Source: Acanthaster planci (Eukaryota). From it: a stretch of DNA of 64,000 nt. This document shows positions 14,460-27,542 of this stretch, in pieces; position 1 is the first letter of the stretch; the number at the start of each line of letters is the position of its first letter. The stretch spans positions 3,764,646 through 3,828,645 of the forward strand of contig NW_019091355.1 of NCBI RefSeq assembly GCF_001949145.1. The letters run 5' to 3'. Position numbers and translations under genes: made by a program. The notes below the pieces were generated by a model, which was given only the letters and a program-made list of their open reading frames with translations, was not told where the DNA came from and ran no database searches.

Positions 14460-14950
14460 ATGAATGGACAACATTTTAAACAACCAATGACAAAGTGAAC
14501 ACCTGTTTTGTCAAAATGATGTGCACGAGTGGTTTCTGTACAGGGATGCCATCCTTACTGACTATGGATACACATTATTGAAAAGTAATGATTGTGACTT
14601 CTTTATTTCCTCCTGTGACAATGATTTTGGCGTAAAACTTAAGGCTCATTCTGTTACATTCTGTGACTTTTGATTCAGTATCAAGTTGCTGTGCATGTCA
14701 ATTTCTTCTTTGTCACTTGCTTTTGGGCATGTGATTAGTAAGGGGTATAGCGGCATACCTGTGTAGAAAAATTGTTTATTTCTTTGAAGTGAATTTATAT
14801 GTGTGACCTTTGACAGAAGTGGCACGTTTCTTTTGCTGTCCAGGGTAGTTGGACTGTGGAACAGAGGCCTTGGGTGATGGTGCTGGATTTTGTTTGAATG
14901 GGGATGCACAGTGGCTGCTCCACAGAGCGACCGGCTCGTGTTACCATGTC

Positions 14951-15198
14951 TTGGACTGGACTTGATTTTGTCAGGTTTGGTACAATTCTGTAAGCCACCG
15001 GTGGGCCTATACTGCAGAAACATATTCACACCAAACGACTCAAACTTTTAACACTGACCTGTTGGAGTTGAACAGATTCTGTCCAGTCACAGGTCGGCAT
15101 TTACAGTGACCCCCTTGTAGATAGGGTACAGGCATCGGTTGAAGATTTTCAGATTTAGTACGGTTTCTAGTGCAAAAGCCTAAGGGGGTTAGGGTTAA
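14951..15198 (-). mobile_element. Partial copy of a TTAA-flanked MITE, inverted relative to 16409-16730
   Basis: Ends ...GGGGGTTAGGG-TTAA; 14961-14983 is the exact reverse complement of 16597-16619. Confidence 0.75.
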
Positions 15199-15865
15199 AA
15201 TATCTGCTTGTCCTTTCCCAGGGAATGTTGACAACTGCCTATCCACCCCCAGTAACATTTAAGAAACCGACACCCCTTGGTACTATCTGGGCTCATACCT
15301 CCACTGTACCCAATGCTGTCGCTGAAAACAAATAAGGATTTGTTTCCCTCCAGTGTTAAAAGATTTGTGAAATAAATTGGGGTTGGTAGATTTTCTACTT
15401 TACTTGTACACAGGGCAATGGCCAAATGAGAGTCTGTCCCCAGCTCAAGTTCCCAAAGTGTCGTTGAAACAGGAGAAAGCGTTTAAGTACATGTACATTT
15501 GAAAGGTTTACTTCCAAAACACGTCCTACACATTTGAAAAAGGAGACCTTTTTCCACAAGTACGAAATGCTAGTAATAAGAACAATACACCGAGTGTGCC
15601 TAAAGTTATTTCTTCACTTAACTGACATAAGTTCTATTAAGTACACAAAACCTAACTTTTGGCAGCCTGAGCCAGGAACAGATGGAATTCTAGAAGGTAC
15701 CAAAATGGTGCTTTACACTGCATTCTGGAAATAAACTCTTTGAATGGGTTAGACTCTTCAGTTTAAGAGAGGGATTTGCCAATCCGTAAAATAAAAATCT
15801 GCAATGAATTCAGTAAGTTGGATCAACTACACGTTTATTCAGAAGAGGCACTCGAAAATACTTAC

Positions 15866-15910
15866 AAATTATAGACTTTGTAGTGATCCGGATGTTTCTT
15901 ATCCAAGAAC
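15866..15910 (-). CDS. PTEN: PTEN-A exon 3 (FLDKKHPDHYKVYNL)
   Basis: TTCCTTGCAG acceptor, GTAAGT donor. 45 nt, phase 2-2, same size as human exon 3. Confidence 0.95.
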
Positions 15911-16408
15911 CTGCAAGGAATGTGAAAGAAAAAAAAAATTGAACACAAACATTTTCTAGTTTCTATACTAAAAGTCGCATTTTCTACATTGTGAATGTTC
16001 TGTCGTGTATGGTGTGTGTCATAAAATGAAATTAAACAATAATTTAAACAAAAAATTCATACATGTTCTAATGTGTAGCATGTTCACAGACTCGAAAACT
16101 TGTAAAAGGACCGGTGCTCATGACCTTTCTTAAAAATACCCATGGCGAGTCTTAGGAACTGCTACAAAATTGAGCAAGGTTTTCATCACGATATCCAGAC
16201 AGAAACATTGGGAGCTGTCGAGAGTGAACCTGCCTAAAAGCGGTAAAAAAATCTACTCACGGATGTCTTACCTTGAGCCCTATAAGACACTGGCACATAT
16301 AGATGTACCGTACATGTTCATGGCACATAAAAATGTACATAAATAAATAAAAAATTCAGCAATGTGGAATGTTGTCGATACCAGCACTCTGTAGGTACGT
16401 GTCGTACT

Positions 16409-16730
16409 TTAACCCTAACCCCCTAGGCTCCTGCAGTAGAAAGCATACTGAAACTCACAAAATCCAACAGGTTCATGTACTTGTACATGCAGGTTACTGT
16501 ACCAAACCTGATAAACTCCAACAGAATGAGCCCGTTGGAGTTTGAGTGATACGGTATGGATGGGTCTATGCAGTATAGGATGACTTGCACTGAACAGTAC
16601 CAAACCTGACAAAATCAAGCTTAGTCCAACAACTGGTACAGCAAGCCAGACACTGCACACAGTNCAAACCTGCCCAAACCTCACAAAACCTGCTGTTGGA
16701 GTATGGCAGGTTTTGGGCAGTAAGGGTTAA
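16409..16730 (+). mobile_element. piggyBac-like MITE (TTAA-CCCT...AGGG-TTAA)
   Basis: TTAA at both ends, CCCTAAC / GTAAGGG termini; homologous inverted copy at 14951-15198. Confidence 0.7.
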
Positions 16731-17147
16731 AGTTAAAATGAATTTAAACAAAAGACCCTCCTCCCCCTTAAAAAAGGCGACACTTCCCCAAAAGTGAAAC
16801 ACAAACTTTTCAAATGAAAGAAAAAATGGTTACTGAGCATTCATATGCCGTTATTATGAACAGTGCCCAAAATTTAAAACGCAAGACAAACATGATGAAA
16901 TAAATATGCACCCGGCAGTTTTGGTTCACACAAACCAGTTCCACTTTCAGTGTTGCCCCTGGATGCAATTACTTTGCCGTGTGTCCTCGATGTGTGGTAT
17001 CAAAAAGAGAAACTGAACTGACTGAATTTGAAAAATGTACACACACCACACAAAATGCAATATTTATGTGATACTTTCTGCTGAAAAAAAAAATCATGCT
17101 TCACTTCAGCTCTTGCTTCCCCTGATTACTAACCCATCCTCTGCTTC

Positions 17148-17148
17148 A

Positions 17149-17184
<36 letters not shown>

Positions 17185-17312
17185 CCAAAACCAAAACCAA
17201 AACCAACCAAAACCAAAACCAAAACCAAAACCAAAACCAAAACCAAAACCAAAACCAAAACCAAAACCAAACCAAACCAAACCAAACCAAACCAAACAAA
17301 ACACACACACAC
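17148..17312 (+). repeat. Compound microsatellite (CAA)n-(ACCAAA)n-(ACCAA)n-(CA)n
   Basis: Directly visible. Confidence 0.98.
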
Positions 17313-18333
17313 AAAAATCAGCAATTTCCCTGGTAACATGGAAACCTGCTCTTTGGTCTTACAGGGAGGAGGAGCATTACAATCGACCCACACTGCACAT
17401 GTAAATTTTCTGGTACGTTGACATGGAAATCTGCTGAGATTAAGCACAACTAATACACAGCTTAATGCAGCAAGATCTTGGTCAAGCTTTTCTTCTTGTT
17501 TAAAACATCTCTCTTTCCGGTAGCGTAAGGAGACATGAGATGCCATCATTTTCATGTATGAAAGGCAGTTGTTAGCCTAGGGGTCCTGCTTCCCTCTCAT
17601 CCTATGGTACAATTCTTTCCCCCCATCCGTCCAGGAAAACACCTCGGGACAAGCAAGCGCTGACACAAAATGTTTGAACTTGGCAAGGCTTTTTTCCTCC
17701 TCATGCACGGCAAACGCGAAGCGCTGACTTCCCTTGGAAAAAAAAAGTAAAGCTCACTGATCGTGAATAAGCGCGTGTTAAGTACGCGTGCATGTAGACG
17801 TAACTGTCACAAAGAAGTATCAGATTCCTTTTGTCACGCGTCGCATTGGACAAATGACATGTTTGCATGTGACACCCGACACCCATTTTTCGATCAGTTT
17901 AAATAAATTACGCGCACGGTGTGCATGTACAAACACCTTCACTCCAGGTACGGTGTAAAGCCTCATTTCTGCATGCCTGAACCTTCATCAGCGGACATCC
18001 AGAGAACAAGGTTCGCGATGAAGATGGCCAGTCACGTCTGACAGTTTCAATTTTGCACGAACAGGGAAGATACTCGACTGGCAAACAGGTCGCCTTTCAT
18101 CGTGTTCCAAATCACAGTCTTCAAAGCAAAGCTGTCAAACTGAACTTGCAGCCTAAGTATCAGCGACAATCTGCTTGAAAATTGTGAAGGCAGAATCCTA
18201 GTGCCACAACTGTCTCTGTTCCAGAGTTAGTTCCGTGTGTCTTGTGTAAAGCATGGAAAGTCCAGGAAATAATTACTTTTGGATGCAGTTTCCGGTAAAT
18301 GCATTTGTGTGTCCCATGTACAACCTACAACTA

Positions 18334-18979
18334 NNNNNNNNNNNNNNNNNNNNNNNNNNNNNNNNNNNNNNNNNNNNNNNNNNNNNNNNNNNNNNNNNNN
18401 NNNNNNNNNNNNNNNNNNNNNNNNNNNNNNNNNNNNNNNNNNNNNNNNNNNNNNNNNNNNNNNNNNNNNNNNNNNNNNNNNNNNNNNNNNNNNNNNNNNN
18501 NNNNNNNNNNNNNNNNNNNNNNNNNNNNNNNNNNNNNNNNNNNNNNNNNNNNNNNNNNNNNNNNNNNNNNNNNNNNNNNNNNNNNNNNNNNNNNNNNNNN
18601 NNNNNNNNNNNNNNNNNNNNNNNNNNNNNNNNNNNNNNNNNNNNNNNNNNNNNNNNNNNNNNNNNNNNNNNNNNNNNNNNNNNNNNNNNNNNNNNNNNNN
18701 NNNNNNNNNNNNNNNNNNNNNNNNNNNNNNNNNNNNNNNNNNNNNNNNNNNNNNNNNNNNNNNNNNNNNNNNNNNNNNNNNNNNNNNNNNNNNNNNNNNN
18801 NNNNNNNNNNNNNNNNNNNNNNNNNNNNNNNNNNNNNNNNNNNNNNNNNNNNNNNNNNNNNNNNNNNNNNNNNNNNNNNNNNNNNNNNNNNNNNNNNNNN
18901 NNNNNNNNNNNNNNNNNNNNNNNNNNNNNNNNNNNNNNNNNNNNNNNNNNNNNNNNNNNNNNNNNNNNNNNNNNNNNNN
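18334..18979. other. Assembly gap (N) in PTEN-A intron 2
   Basis: N run. Confidence 0.99.
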
Positions 18980-21900
18980 AGGGTGGGGTGTTTACAAATT
19001 TTAAAACAAAAACAGTTCCAGATCTGTTTACAGATTTTCCTAAATGTTTAAGTGGAACCGCTCCTTTGAGGGCTTTGACATTTTGATTGAATCAATCTGG
19101 AGATCATTTTCAATGTAAACAATGCCTGCTTAATGTAATCTGATTTTCAGAGCACTTTATTGCTCGGTCACATCAAAGGAATACCATGAATTCATCACCC
19201 GAACTTTGTGTCAACTACAACATTGTATACAATTTGTGTTTAAAGTTTTCAATGACACCAAGGTAAGGGTGGGACGTTTACACGTTAATCGGTATAGGAA
19301 AGTTTTCTAAATGTTTTCAAATTAAACGTAAATTCCCACCATTACATGTAACCCCACTTTTGATATTTTCATTTTCCCACATCTGAGGGTATGTATAAAA
19401 TGATAATCGGGTGCGGACGTTTGATGTCATTCTACGAGGAAACTTCAACTATTTCAGAAGCCAAATTTGCCCCAAATCTGGGATATTGTGTAGTCTCAAA
19501 AATGTTTTTATTGTGATTCGCTGTTGTTCCAGCTCACGATGTTAGGGGCCAGCGAGTGCAGTTTTTTTTTTTTCCCAAACATATTTTCAAAGATTTGGGG
19601 CTGGCAATTTGATCAGAAACAACCCCCGAACACAGCATCTTCCTGAAATTCAGCAACTGCACAGCAACTGCACCCTCATTAGTCAGGAAAGGCGCGGCAA
19701 ATTCTTAACATTTTTTTAAAAAGTGCACTTAACATCGTGAAGAAGACATGGGCGGTAGAAAGTTTGCACGACACATGTTCCTGCCGCGAGCCCTCTACAT
19801 GCAAGTTAATTCTCATAAACCTTACGACAATTTAAAGGAAAACTCCTCCCACTCAGTTTAAAAGTGCACTTCCGACCCCAAGCCCGTAGAACTGCAGGTG
19901 CTGTTCTCTGTTACTTGGCCTTTTGTCCATCTAGGGAATGCAAAATTATGCAAGCCCTCTTTGACTTTCCAGATGTGTAATATACACGTAGGCGTCTACT
20001 CACAATGCAAGGAATGGCAGAGGAAAGCAACAATTCTCCCAACTGCGAACTGCATGCGTACAAACAGTCACGCCAAACGAGAGGAGGAAATAGAACATCA
20101 AGGAGGGTTAACAGGCATAATCTTGCTCACAAAGGATTTTTTTTTTTTCATGTGGAATGAAACTTTCACTGTTACCTGGAGCAAATCAGTACAAAATTGT
20201 TTCACATTATGAGGGCATGTGTACATTTGAAAGTGTAATCTGTTATCTGGCCACACTATGAGGTACATGTGATGAGCTCATGGTAATTATTTACTGTAAT
20301 AAATACACTTCAGTTTCCACAGGAAAAAACTAAAACTACGGCAGAGAAAGCGTTACACAGAACCCATTTCGCTGTGTCTTACGTAAATTTTAACTTTCGT
20401 CACTTTTTAAACCAGCGGATTTGTAAAGATACATGTAAACTTCAAGAGTTGATTAACCACTTGCTGCTGGGTGGTTTGAAAAATGCAGTGCACTCAAACG
20501 GGGCCATTTTCAACATTTTCAGTTTTCAAAATTCTTAAAAAATTCATCATTTCAATTAATGGACGTTTACACACACACGAATGACTGTCTGGTGTCTACT
20601 CTAATCTGACGGACAACATCTATTGACGCCCGAGTATTTCAGCCAGGCCTGCAGCCTTGTAAACAGAGCCCAGATTGTGCGGTGTTATATAACTGTCTGT
20701 GTTACGAACCTGGCACAGTGCGCTGCTGACCTCTTTTCAATAGGGGCCAGATTAGCGTGCAGCGGTACTGTGTGGCTCATCGCTGCAGTGGTGGAACGCT
20801 TTTGTCCCCTGTGGTAATCCGCTCTTTAAATCCCCAAAACCATGGTATACTGTTTCAAAACAAGGCTGGATTATCTCCACCACTGAGAGTGAAAAAATGT
20901 CGGTAATGCCTAGCAGCCTGTTCTTTGTTCCGAGTACGGTCTTTTGTTGCAAGGCCCAGTTCCCTTTGTCCCATTTCGGAGACCCCGGCCACACGTATAA
21001 AACATACATGTCCGGTAACAAACCCCGGCGGCAAGTGGTTAATCGAGTGCCATACACTGCACAAACACATATCTCAAACAGCCATAAAATCTAAGAAATT
21101 GCACAGTCCAATGCTTACAGTGCAGCTGCAATGAACTTCTCTCAAGACGGTATTCCTGCAACTTTGTATTCTTTTTTAATGTATGAAAACTCTGTTACTT
21201 TCCTATTCCTGAAATATTCCCCCAAAACAAAACCGTTCATGTGAAATGAGGAAGCGGCAGGGGGAGGGGGGATTTCGGATTTAGCTCCCTGTAACGTACA
21301 CGTACTGCATGAAGACGGTACACTGCACAGTGTGTGATACGAGTGTTCCTTTTGTAATTGTAATTTTGGTACCGAGTGGGTGTACTTAATACTTCATTCA
21401 AAAATCAACTCGATGCAAAAAAAATGGAATTTTCATGCCTCAAATTTCAGTTGTGTTGTTGCATAGTTATATATCACTTTATTTGGATAAATAAAAAAAA
21501 AATTCATACAGCCGATGGATACGCCCTTTGTGTCAGAATGACATTTAGGGAAAAAAGAATGAAGGAAAAGCTACACTCTGCAAAGTAAATCTAATACTGT
21601 TTTTCCGACAAGTTACTTTAAGTTTGAATTTCTCGGCGAAAAATCGTGGATAAAGGCTTCTTGGCAAAATGTCAGCAGTGTAATCCAAGCTATATTCCTT
21701 GCAACAGAGAGAATTGCAAATTACTCACGCCTGGGAAAAAAAGTCTTCATTGTCAGAGCTGGTGCTTGTTGTGCCAAGATGCAAAGTCTTGATGAAGAGA
21801 CTACCGTACATGTATCTCTTCTTAATTTAAACCTCAAATGACAGCTACGGTACATGTACGTCATTTTTGCATTGATGTCCATAACAATACAAAGCTGGCC

Positions 21901-23111
21901 TACAGGGTAAACGTTCCTATCAAGCCTCTGCGTAAGCCCTCTCTCGGGATCATGCCCCAAGGGCAGTTCACCTACATGCCCCTGAGGCTTTCGATGCTGA
22001 GGTAAGAGAAAGGTCTTATGGCGGGGGTGCCAAGACCTTTTTGCTGAGAGGAAAGAGGCACGTTAGGCAGAAGCTGCTTGATTGAGTTTCTGGAACAGGG
22101 AAGAGGTGCAACCGTGGACCATGTACATGTACATATGTCCAGTAAAAGGCTGGTTTACCAGTGGTTGACCGTGCGATGCACCTCGTGCTTGTGAGCTGGT
22201 CATTCAAATGCAGCTGACAAATGTGCATACAAGTGTAGCCACAGGGTTATCCTTTTAAAGAACAACACAGGCACGTCGGCACCGGTGACAAATAAAATCC
22301 ACCCATAAGTGAAAAGAGGGAAAAACGTTATACATGAAAAATGCATTCAAACCTTTTAACACTGACTTGAACTACCCCTGTTTTTGCGTTCCACCATGAA
22401 AACCTTTTTAACCTCTTCCCTTTTTATCAGGAAAGTTACAAAGTGACTGCTTCACAAGTTCACTGGTACCCGGTCCCCATAATTTGGAACCTGTTCCTGA
22501 CATCAACAGATGGGTACTCAGATGCACGTACAGTACCCTAATCAAACTCAAGCGTGTGACCTACACTACATGTGCATGTATGGTCAAATGCCATCATATA
22601 AACCTCGTAGTTCTGGCTCCCTGCTGCTGTGTGCAAATTAAGGGACGAACAAAAAACAGTACTGCCGGTACTGTGCGAAGACTTAATATGGTCCACCAAA
22701 GTCACCAGTTGGTTTGGCTTGCCTACTGTATTCCACACGCATTGCAGTGCTGTGGTCAAGACCGTCACAAGGCCAGACACAAGAACGATCGCAAGTAAAA
22801 GGTGAACAATGACGCAGGAATGCTTTTGTTGTAGTTGGCTGCAATAGCTTGTGACTTGAATTCAGGCTGGACGACTTATTTTGATGGTCTTTTTGGAGGT
22901 CTCAACAACAACACTGTCATAATGCCAGTGTGGTTCCAACGACTGGCTACCCACAGTTTTTCATCAACTTGCTTTAAGCTTATCCAGCGTCGGGGCTCTA
23001 CGCGCTTGCGACAAACTGTCGCAATTTTTCGCGGGCACTGCCCTGCATGGAAATGTGAACAAAACTAACGAGCCTAAGATACATGTAGGCCCCATAGGTG
23101 GGTCAACTTAC

Positions 23112-23196
23112 TTGACAACAGATTCCATGTCGTTCCGGTAGACGCTCTCCAGGCTCTGCGCAGGGAAGCCCATCGCTATCACGTTGTTGCAGATAT
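23112..23196 (-). CDS. PTEN: PTEN-A exon 2 ([29 protein letters not shown])
   Basis: 85 nt, U12-type acceptor upstream, GTAAGT donor at 23111; IAMGFP and VYRN motifs. Confidence 0.95.
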
Positions 23197-23590
23197 CTGA
23201 TGGCATTTAGGTCAAGGGAAACTGGTGTTTTGATGACCAATTGGGGTAAAAAAAAAAAAATTTAAGCTCCATTCTCTAGCAGTCGAAAGGGAAACAGACC
23301 AAACATGTGTATGTACGGGACACATATATGTACTAATACACACAGGTTATGTAAATGTACATGTACATGTAAATGTGCAAATTTAACCGAATTTGACATA
23401 CATGTACATTAAATGGATAGATTCTAAAAATCCTAGAAAGAAAGAAGGCCCTTCATTGAAGGATATATCCGGTATAAAGTCACAATGCTAAGTACAGGAA
23501 TACTGTATGTATGATTTGGGTACGGAAAACCTTCATCCTACATGCGCATGTACACATATTTATTACTCATAATATAGGATGGACTTATCA

Positions 23591-23762
23591 ATACGGGTGA
23601 TTCACAATAGTGCGCCTCCAAGAGTTTCCAACACGTGGCCAATCACAACGCGAGAAATTTGTCGACCCTTTCTGAACGAGCATTGGGTCGACAAATTTCG
23701 CACACTGTGATTGGTCAACGCATTGCAAACTCTTGGAGGCGCACTATTGTGAAACCCCGTAT
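23591..23762. mobile_element. Fold-back MITE (172 bp, almost entirely palindromic)
   Basis: TTCACAATAGTGCGCCTCCAAGAGTTT ... AAACTCTTGGAGGCGCACTATTGTGAA arms, inner GAAATTTGTCGACCC / GGGTCGACAAATTTC; second copy at 48427-48560. Confidence 0.9.
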
Positions 23763-26261
23763 AGTGGTTTCTTTAGCAAGAAGGCAGCATCTGTGGAAGG
23801 ACTTATTGAAATGACCAGCCTTTGGCAATGTCAATTTCATTGATGCCTGGACGTTGTAACAGATGGAGAAATTGATGGCCTGTGACAGTTGAACTCTTCA
23901 ACAATTTTGTGACAACGCCAAGGAAACCTGTCTCCGGAAAGCCGCACCCCGTGTATTTTTATTTCCCATTGTATTCTGTATCCTCGAATGGTTACTCTCG
24001 TTACCGCCGGGGGTGGCCTGGCATCCTAATTACACGGACTTGCAGTTCTCCCATCCGGTCTTTCTTGACCGAACCAATGTTTGATCACTGCTCACAATGG
24101 GTGCCCGTTTCCATCCCGGGGTGCTCGGAGCTTCCGGGATGAATCAAGAAAAGTCCACAGAGCAGAGGGTCTCCCGTGTCTCAAGTCACACAACAGGAAA
24201 GACTAGAGGTGGTGATTTAATTTCCTGACAACCACAGTTGCCTGAAAGGGAGGGGGGGCTGTGAGACCACACAAACTTTCAGTAACAGGACACCCTGAAA
24301 TAGCCCGAGAAATAGCAATCTGACTGAAAGTACCCTAAGGGGAAAACGTGCAATGTTCAAGAATTTCATTAACACTGAATTAAAATCTTCCATTGAACCT
24401 ATATACATTGTAATCTTCCATCTCAACTAGTAAAGTCAATTCCTGAAGTACACTAACTGAAAACTTCTGTATACTGCACTGGTGCTGGCGTCCCGACCAC
24501 TTAACAATGACGAATTCTCCTACACCATACCATACAATAGTTGTTAACATTGGGAATTAGAAATATTTAAAAGTACTGTACACTGCATATTACCAACTCT
24601 GCTCTCAGGTTAGAAAATAGCCAAATCTACATGTAACTGCTCAATTACACTGTTAATACATAAATATGTATTTGAGAGTTACCTGTGATATGAAGTCGGT
24701 AACCAAAGTGCATATTTGACGTGAAATTATCCAATACCAAACGAATGAGAAATTCATGGGGAAACCATCAGTTCTTCAAACAGTTCGCCCTTTTTTCCCC
24801 TCGAATACAAGCATTCTGATGGATTCCCTATATCCCCCCCCCCGGGCAACTGTTCTGAAGTTACACGTGCCATTCTGGGCAGTGGCTGGAGGCTAGGCAG
24901 TGGCAGTTTTTTTTCCTTTTTACTATACCCTGCATGTTAGCCTGCACAAGAGCCCCCCCCTCGCAAGCTCATCAGCCTCTTTCACACACTTAACTAAAAT
25001 GAGATCGGCCAGCCGCTCACCTGCTAAGAGCGGCGCTCGGCGATGCACTTGTGATCGTGCCTCGATTACTGAAGTGGTAGGGACACTGCCGAGTAATGCA
25101 TGGGTTGGGTACAAATTGGGCAATGTGAAACTACCCAAATCCCTCCCCCCACCCACCAAAAAATCCTGCCCAACCTACATGTAACACCAGTATCATCAGA
25201 CCTATCGGTCTACGCTCATTGAAAGGGTTACACAAGTAAATTTCGAGTTCAAATCAACCAGGTCAATGTTTTTATGTAATAAATAAACACTGAACAGATT
25301 TTTTTTCAGTGTAATGTACACGAGCATGAATCCTGTCATCAGTTTTTTTTTTTGAACTAAACTAAAATAATATTAATAACATTCAGGAAACCAAAGAATA
25401 GCATCCTACATGCAATATCCTCAATGGAGTTTACAGGATAAACATGAAATTGCGTGTACATGTGCTTCATTCATAATATTTTGCGTAGCCAAATCAATGG
25501 TTTAGAGAGCTTGTCTTGAATACATACACATGTATAAGTAGAGTACATGTACACGCGTGCATAATTGTGTACATACATACATGTACATGTACATGTATGC
25601 ATACTGGAACATGTGTAAAATAAATACGTGTACATGTCGACCCTCAAATCTGACCCCTGATGGTGTGCGGCCGGAATCTCTCAACAGGAATATAAACATG
25701 CAAAAGGTTTAGAATTTACAAATATCTTTTGTTCAGTTGCTTCTTTAAAAAGTCCTCTCCTAAAAAAGGCCCTTGTAAATGATTTCCAAGCATATTAATT
25801 TATAGGTACTGAAACTCTGCCTGCCCTGAAAGAGCAAATCATGCCCAAAACATTAACCTGTCAATTCCCAAAATCTCACAGACTTCCTGACTTACATGTA
25901 TATGAAAGGGAAAAATTTAAAAAATTATTTCGTGATCTTGAGGTAAAACAAACTGAAACAAGAGACCAAAACTCCGTGATACTGTTTGCAGGGTTTTTAA
26001 AAATCGATTGTTAGGCAAAATCAGCATTTCCAAAAAAATCTTCTAAGGTCTAACCTAACCTACATGCACATGGAAGGAACTGCACCAGGCCAGCCTGACT
26101 TAGTCTAGAATGCATCTGCTGAAGGTACATTTAAAGCTCTGCAATGTTATGCATTCTCATTCTAACCTACCAGTAACGAGCAAATGACGAGCAAATAAGC
26201 GCACACAAACTAGGTCACCCACCCTGTAGGTACAATGAAGCTGGATGTGAAAAATCGTACA

Positions 26262-26320
26262 TTAACCCTAACCCTCCTCAATCCTTCACCTGTTGGAGGA
26301 CCGAGGAGTGTTAGGGTTAA
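26262..26320. mobile_element. Miniature TTAA-flanked hairpin element (59 bp)
   Basis: TTAA-CCCTAACCCTCCTCAATCCTTCA...TGGAGGACCGAGGAGTGTTAGGG-TTAA; related copy at about 52327-52398. Confidence 0.7.
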
Positions 26321-27189
26321 ATCCTTTTTTATCCATCTCTAGTTCATTTTTCAACAATTCCATTTGAACACAGAGATACAAATCCAACATGAGTGTTTCC
26401 TAGAAGTGATTTTGGTTAGAAATACGTGTAATTCTTCCTCAACTGGCAGACTGTGAAACATGTACATGTAGGTGGCCCCATGTAAAATCCCCCCGTAAGC
26501 AGGCTACGTGAGGGTTCGGGAAGCTCGCCATGTGACCTTTTCTCATCAGGCTCTATTATGGATGCATTCCACATTTTTCAAACAGCCAAGAATTTCTCAT
26601 ACAGTTCTTGACTCTGCTGACGTGCCCGAAACTCGTTTTTCTCATTCCTGACACCTGCAGAACAATCCCCTCCCCTTCCGGTCCAATTTAGAAGGAAAAA
26701 TGTGAACTGTATAGGAGGGAAGTAAATGTAACCACACTGCCTAGGACCAAGTGCCGTTATACTGTTATACATGTACATATGTGCACACATACATGCAGTG
26801 GGGGGAAAATGCTACAAAATGACTAACAAGCTTTCAAAACCAACCCTTCTTCCTTCCTTCTTTCAAATTCCAGTACTCTCCAGCATTGGTGCCTTGATAC
26901 TATCGTACAGTTCATCCAAGCTCTTTAACGGTACCATTTTCAAGGAAACCTGGGGACGACCATTTTTTTTCTTCTTCCTTCTTCTTCATTAACATCTTTA
27001 GTTTCCCTTTCGGGTAATCTGGTTGATTGGGCGTGAAACGAGCAGCGCACAACCCCATTATGAAAGCCTTGTGCCAAGACATGTAATGCAAGGTGGCATT
27101 CCCAATCAGGCTTTGGTGAATATAATGAAAACGAATGTCTATAAGTCCGCTTCCAATTGTGTATGTACACACTCCAGTAAGTGGTACAA

Positions 27190-27542
27190 GGGGCAGGCAT
27201 GTGGCCTAGCAGTTAGGGTTCGCAGATTCTGCTCATAGGGTCGGGGGGTTTTTGAATCCAGCCGGTGGCAGCATGTTGCGATCTTGGGCAAGTCACTTTA
27301 CCCCCGTGGGCCTCTCTCCACCCAGGAGTAAAATGGGTACCAGTGAGAGCAGATTTGGTTTAGCCGTGTGCGCCTGATAAGGCAGCATCAGCTAGTATGC
27401 TCCTCAGGGAGCTGAGATTTCAGTTTCAGAAATGTTCAGTGGTTGTGAGCCCAATGTGCAGGGCTAACTATTATGATGCGTCTTGAGCACCCAACAGCGT
27501 GGATACGTGTGCAATATAAATTGGAATTATCATTATTCTTAT
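27190..27542 (+). mobile_element. tRNA-derived SINE with conserved central domain and LINE-like tail
   Basis: Box A-like TGGCCTAGCAGTTAGG, box B-like GTTTTTGAATCC, central TCTTGGGCAAGTCACTTTACC..CTCTCCACCCAGGAGTAAAATGGGTACC, 3' GCAATATAAAT with a (TAT)n-like tail. Confidence 0.8.

Noticed and set aside
17035..17555. Poly-Q/KT, poly-C/VL and WF-repeat ORFs
   Set aside because: Translations of the compound microsatellite.
13767..19086. Long ORFs of 228-277 aa in the ORF track
   Set aside because: Artefacts of translating through N gaps.
23459..23466. ATATCCTT (AT-type U12 donor word) inside PTEN-A intron 1
   Set aside because: An 8-mer of this kind is expected by chance in 14 kb, and the upstream frame has a stop.
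27190..27270. tRNA gene
   Set aside because: Degenerate B box, no cloverleaf, and it continues into a SINE body.
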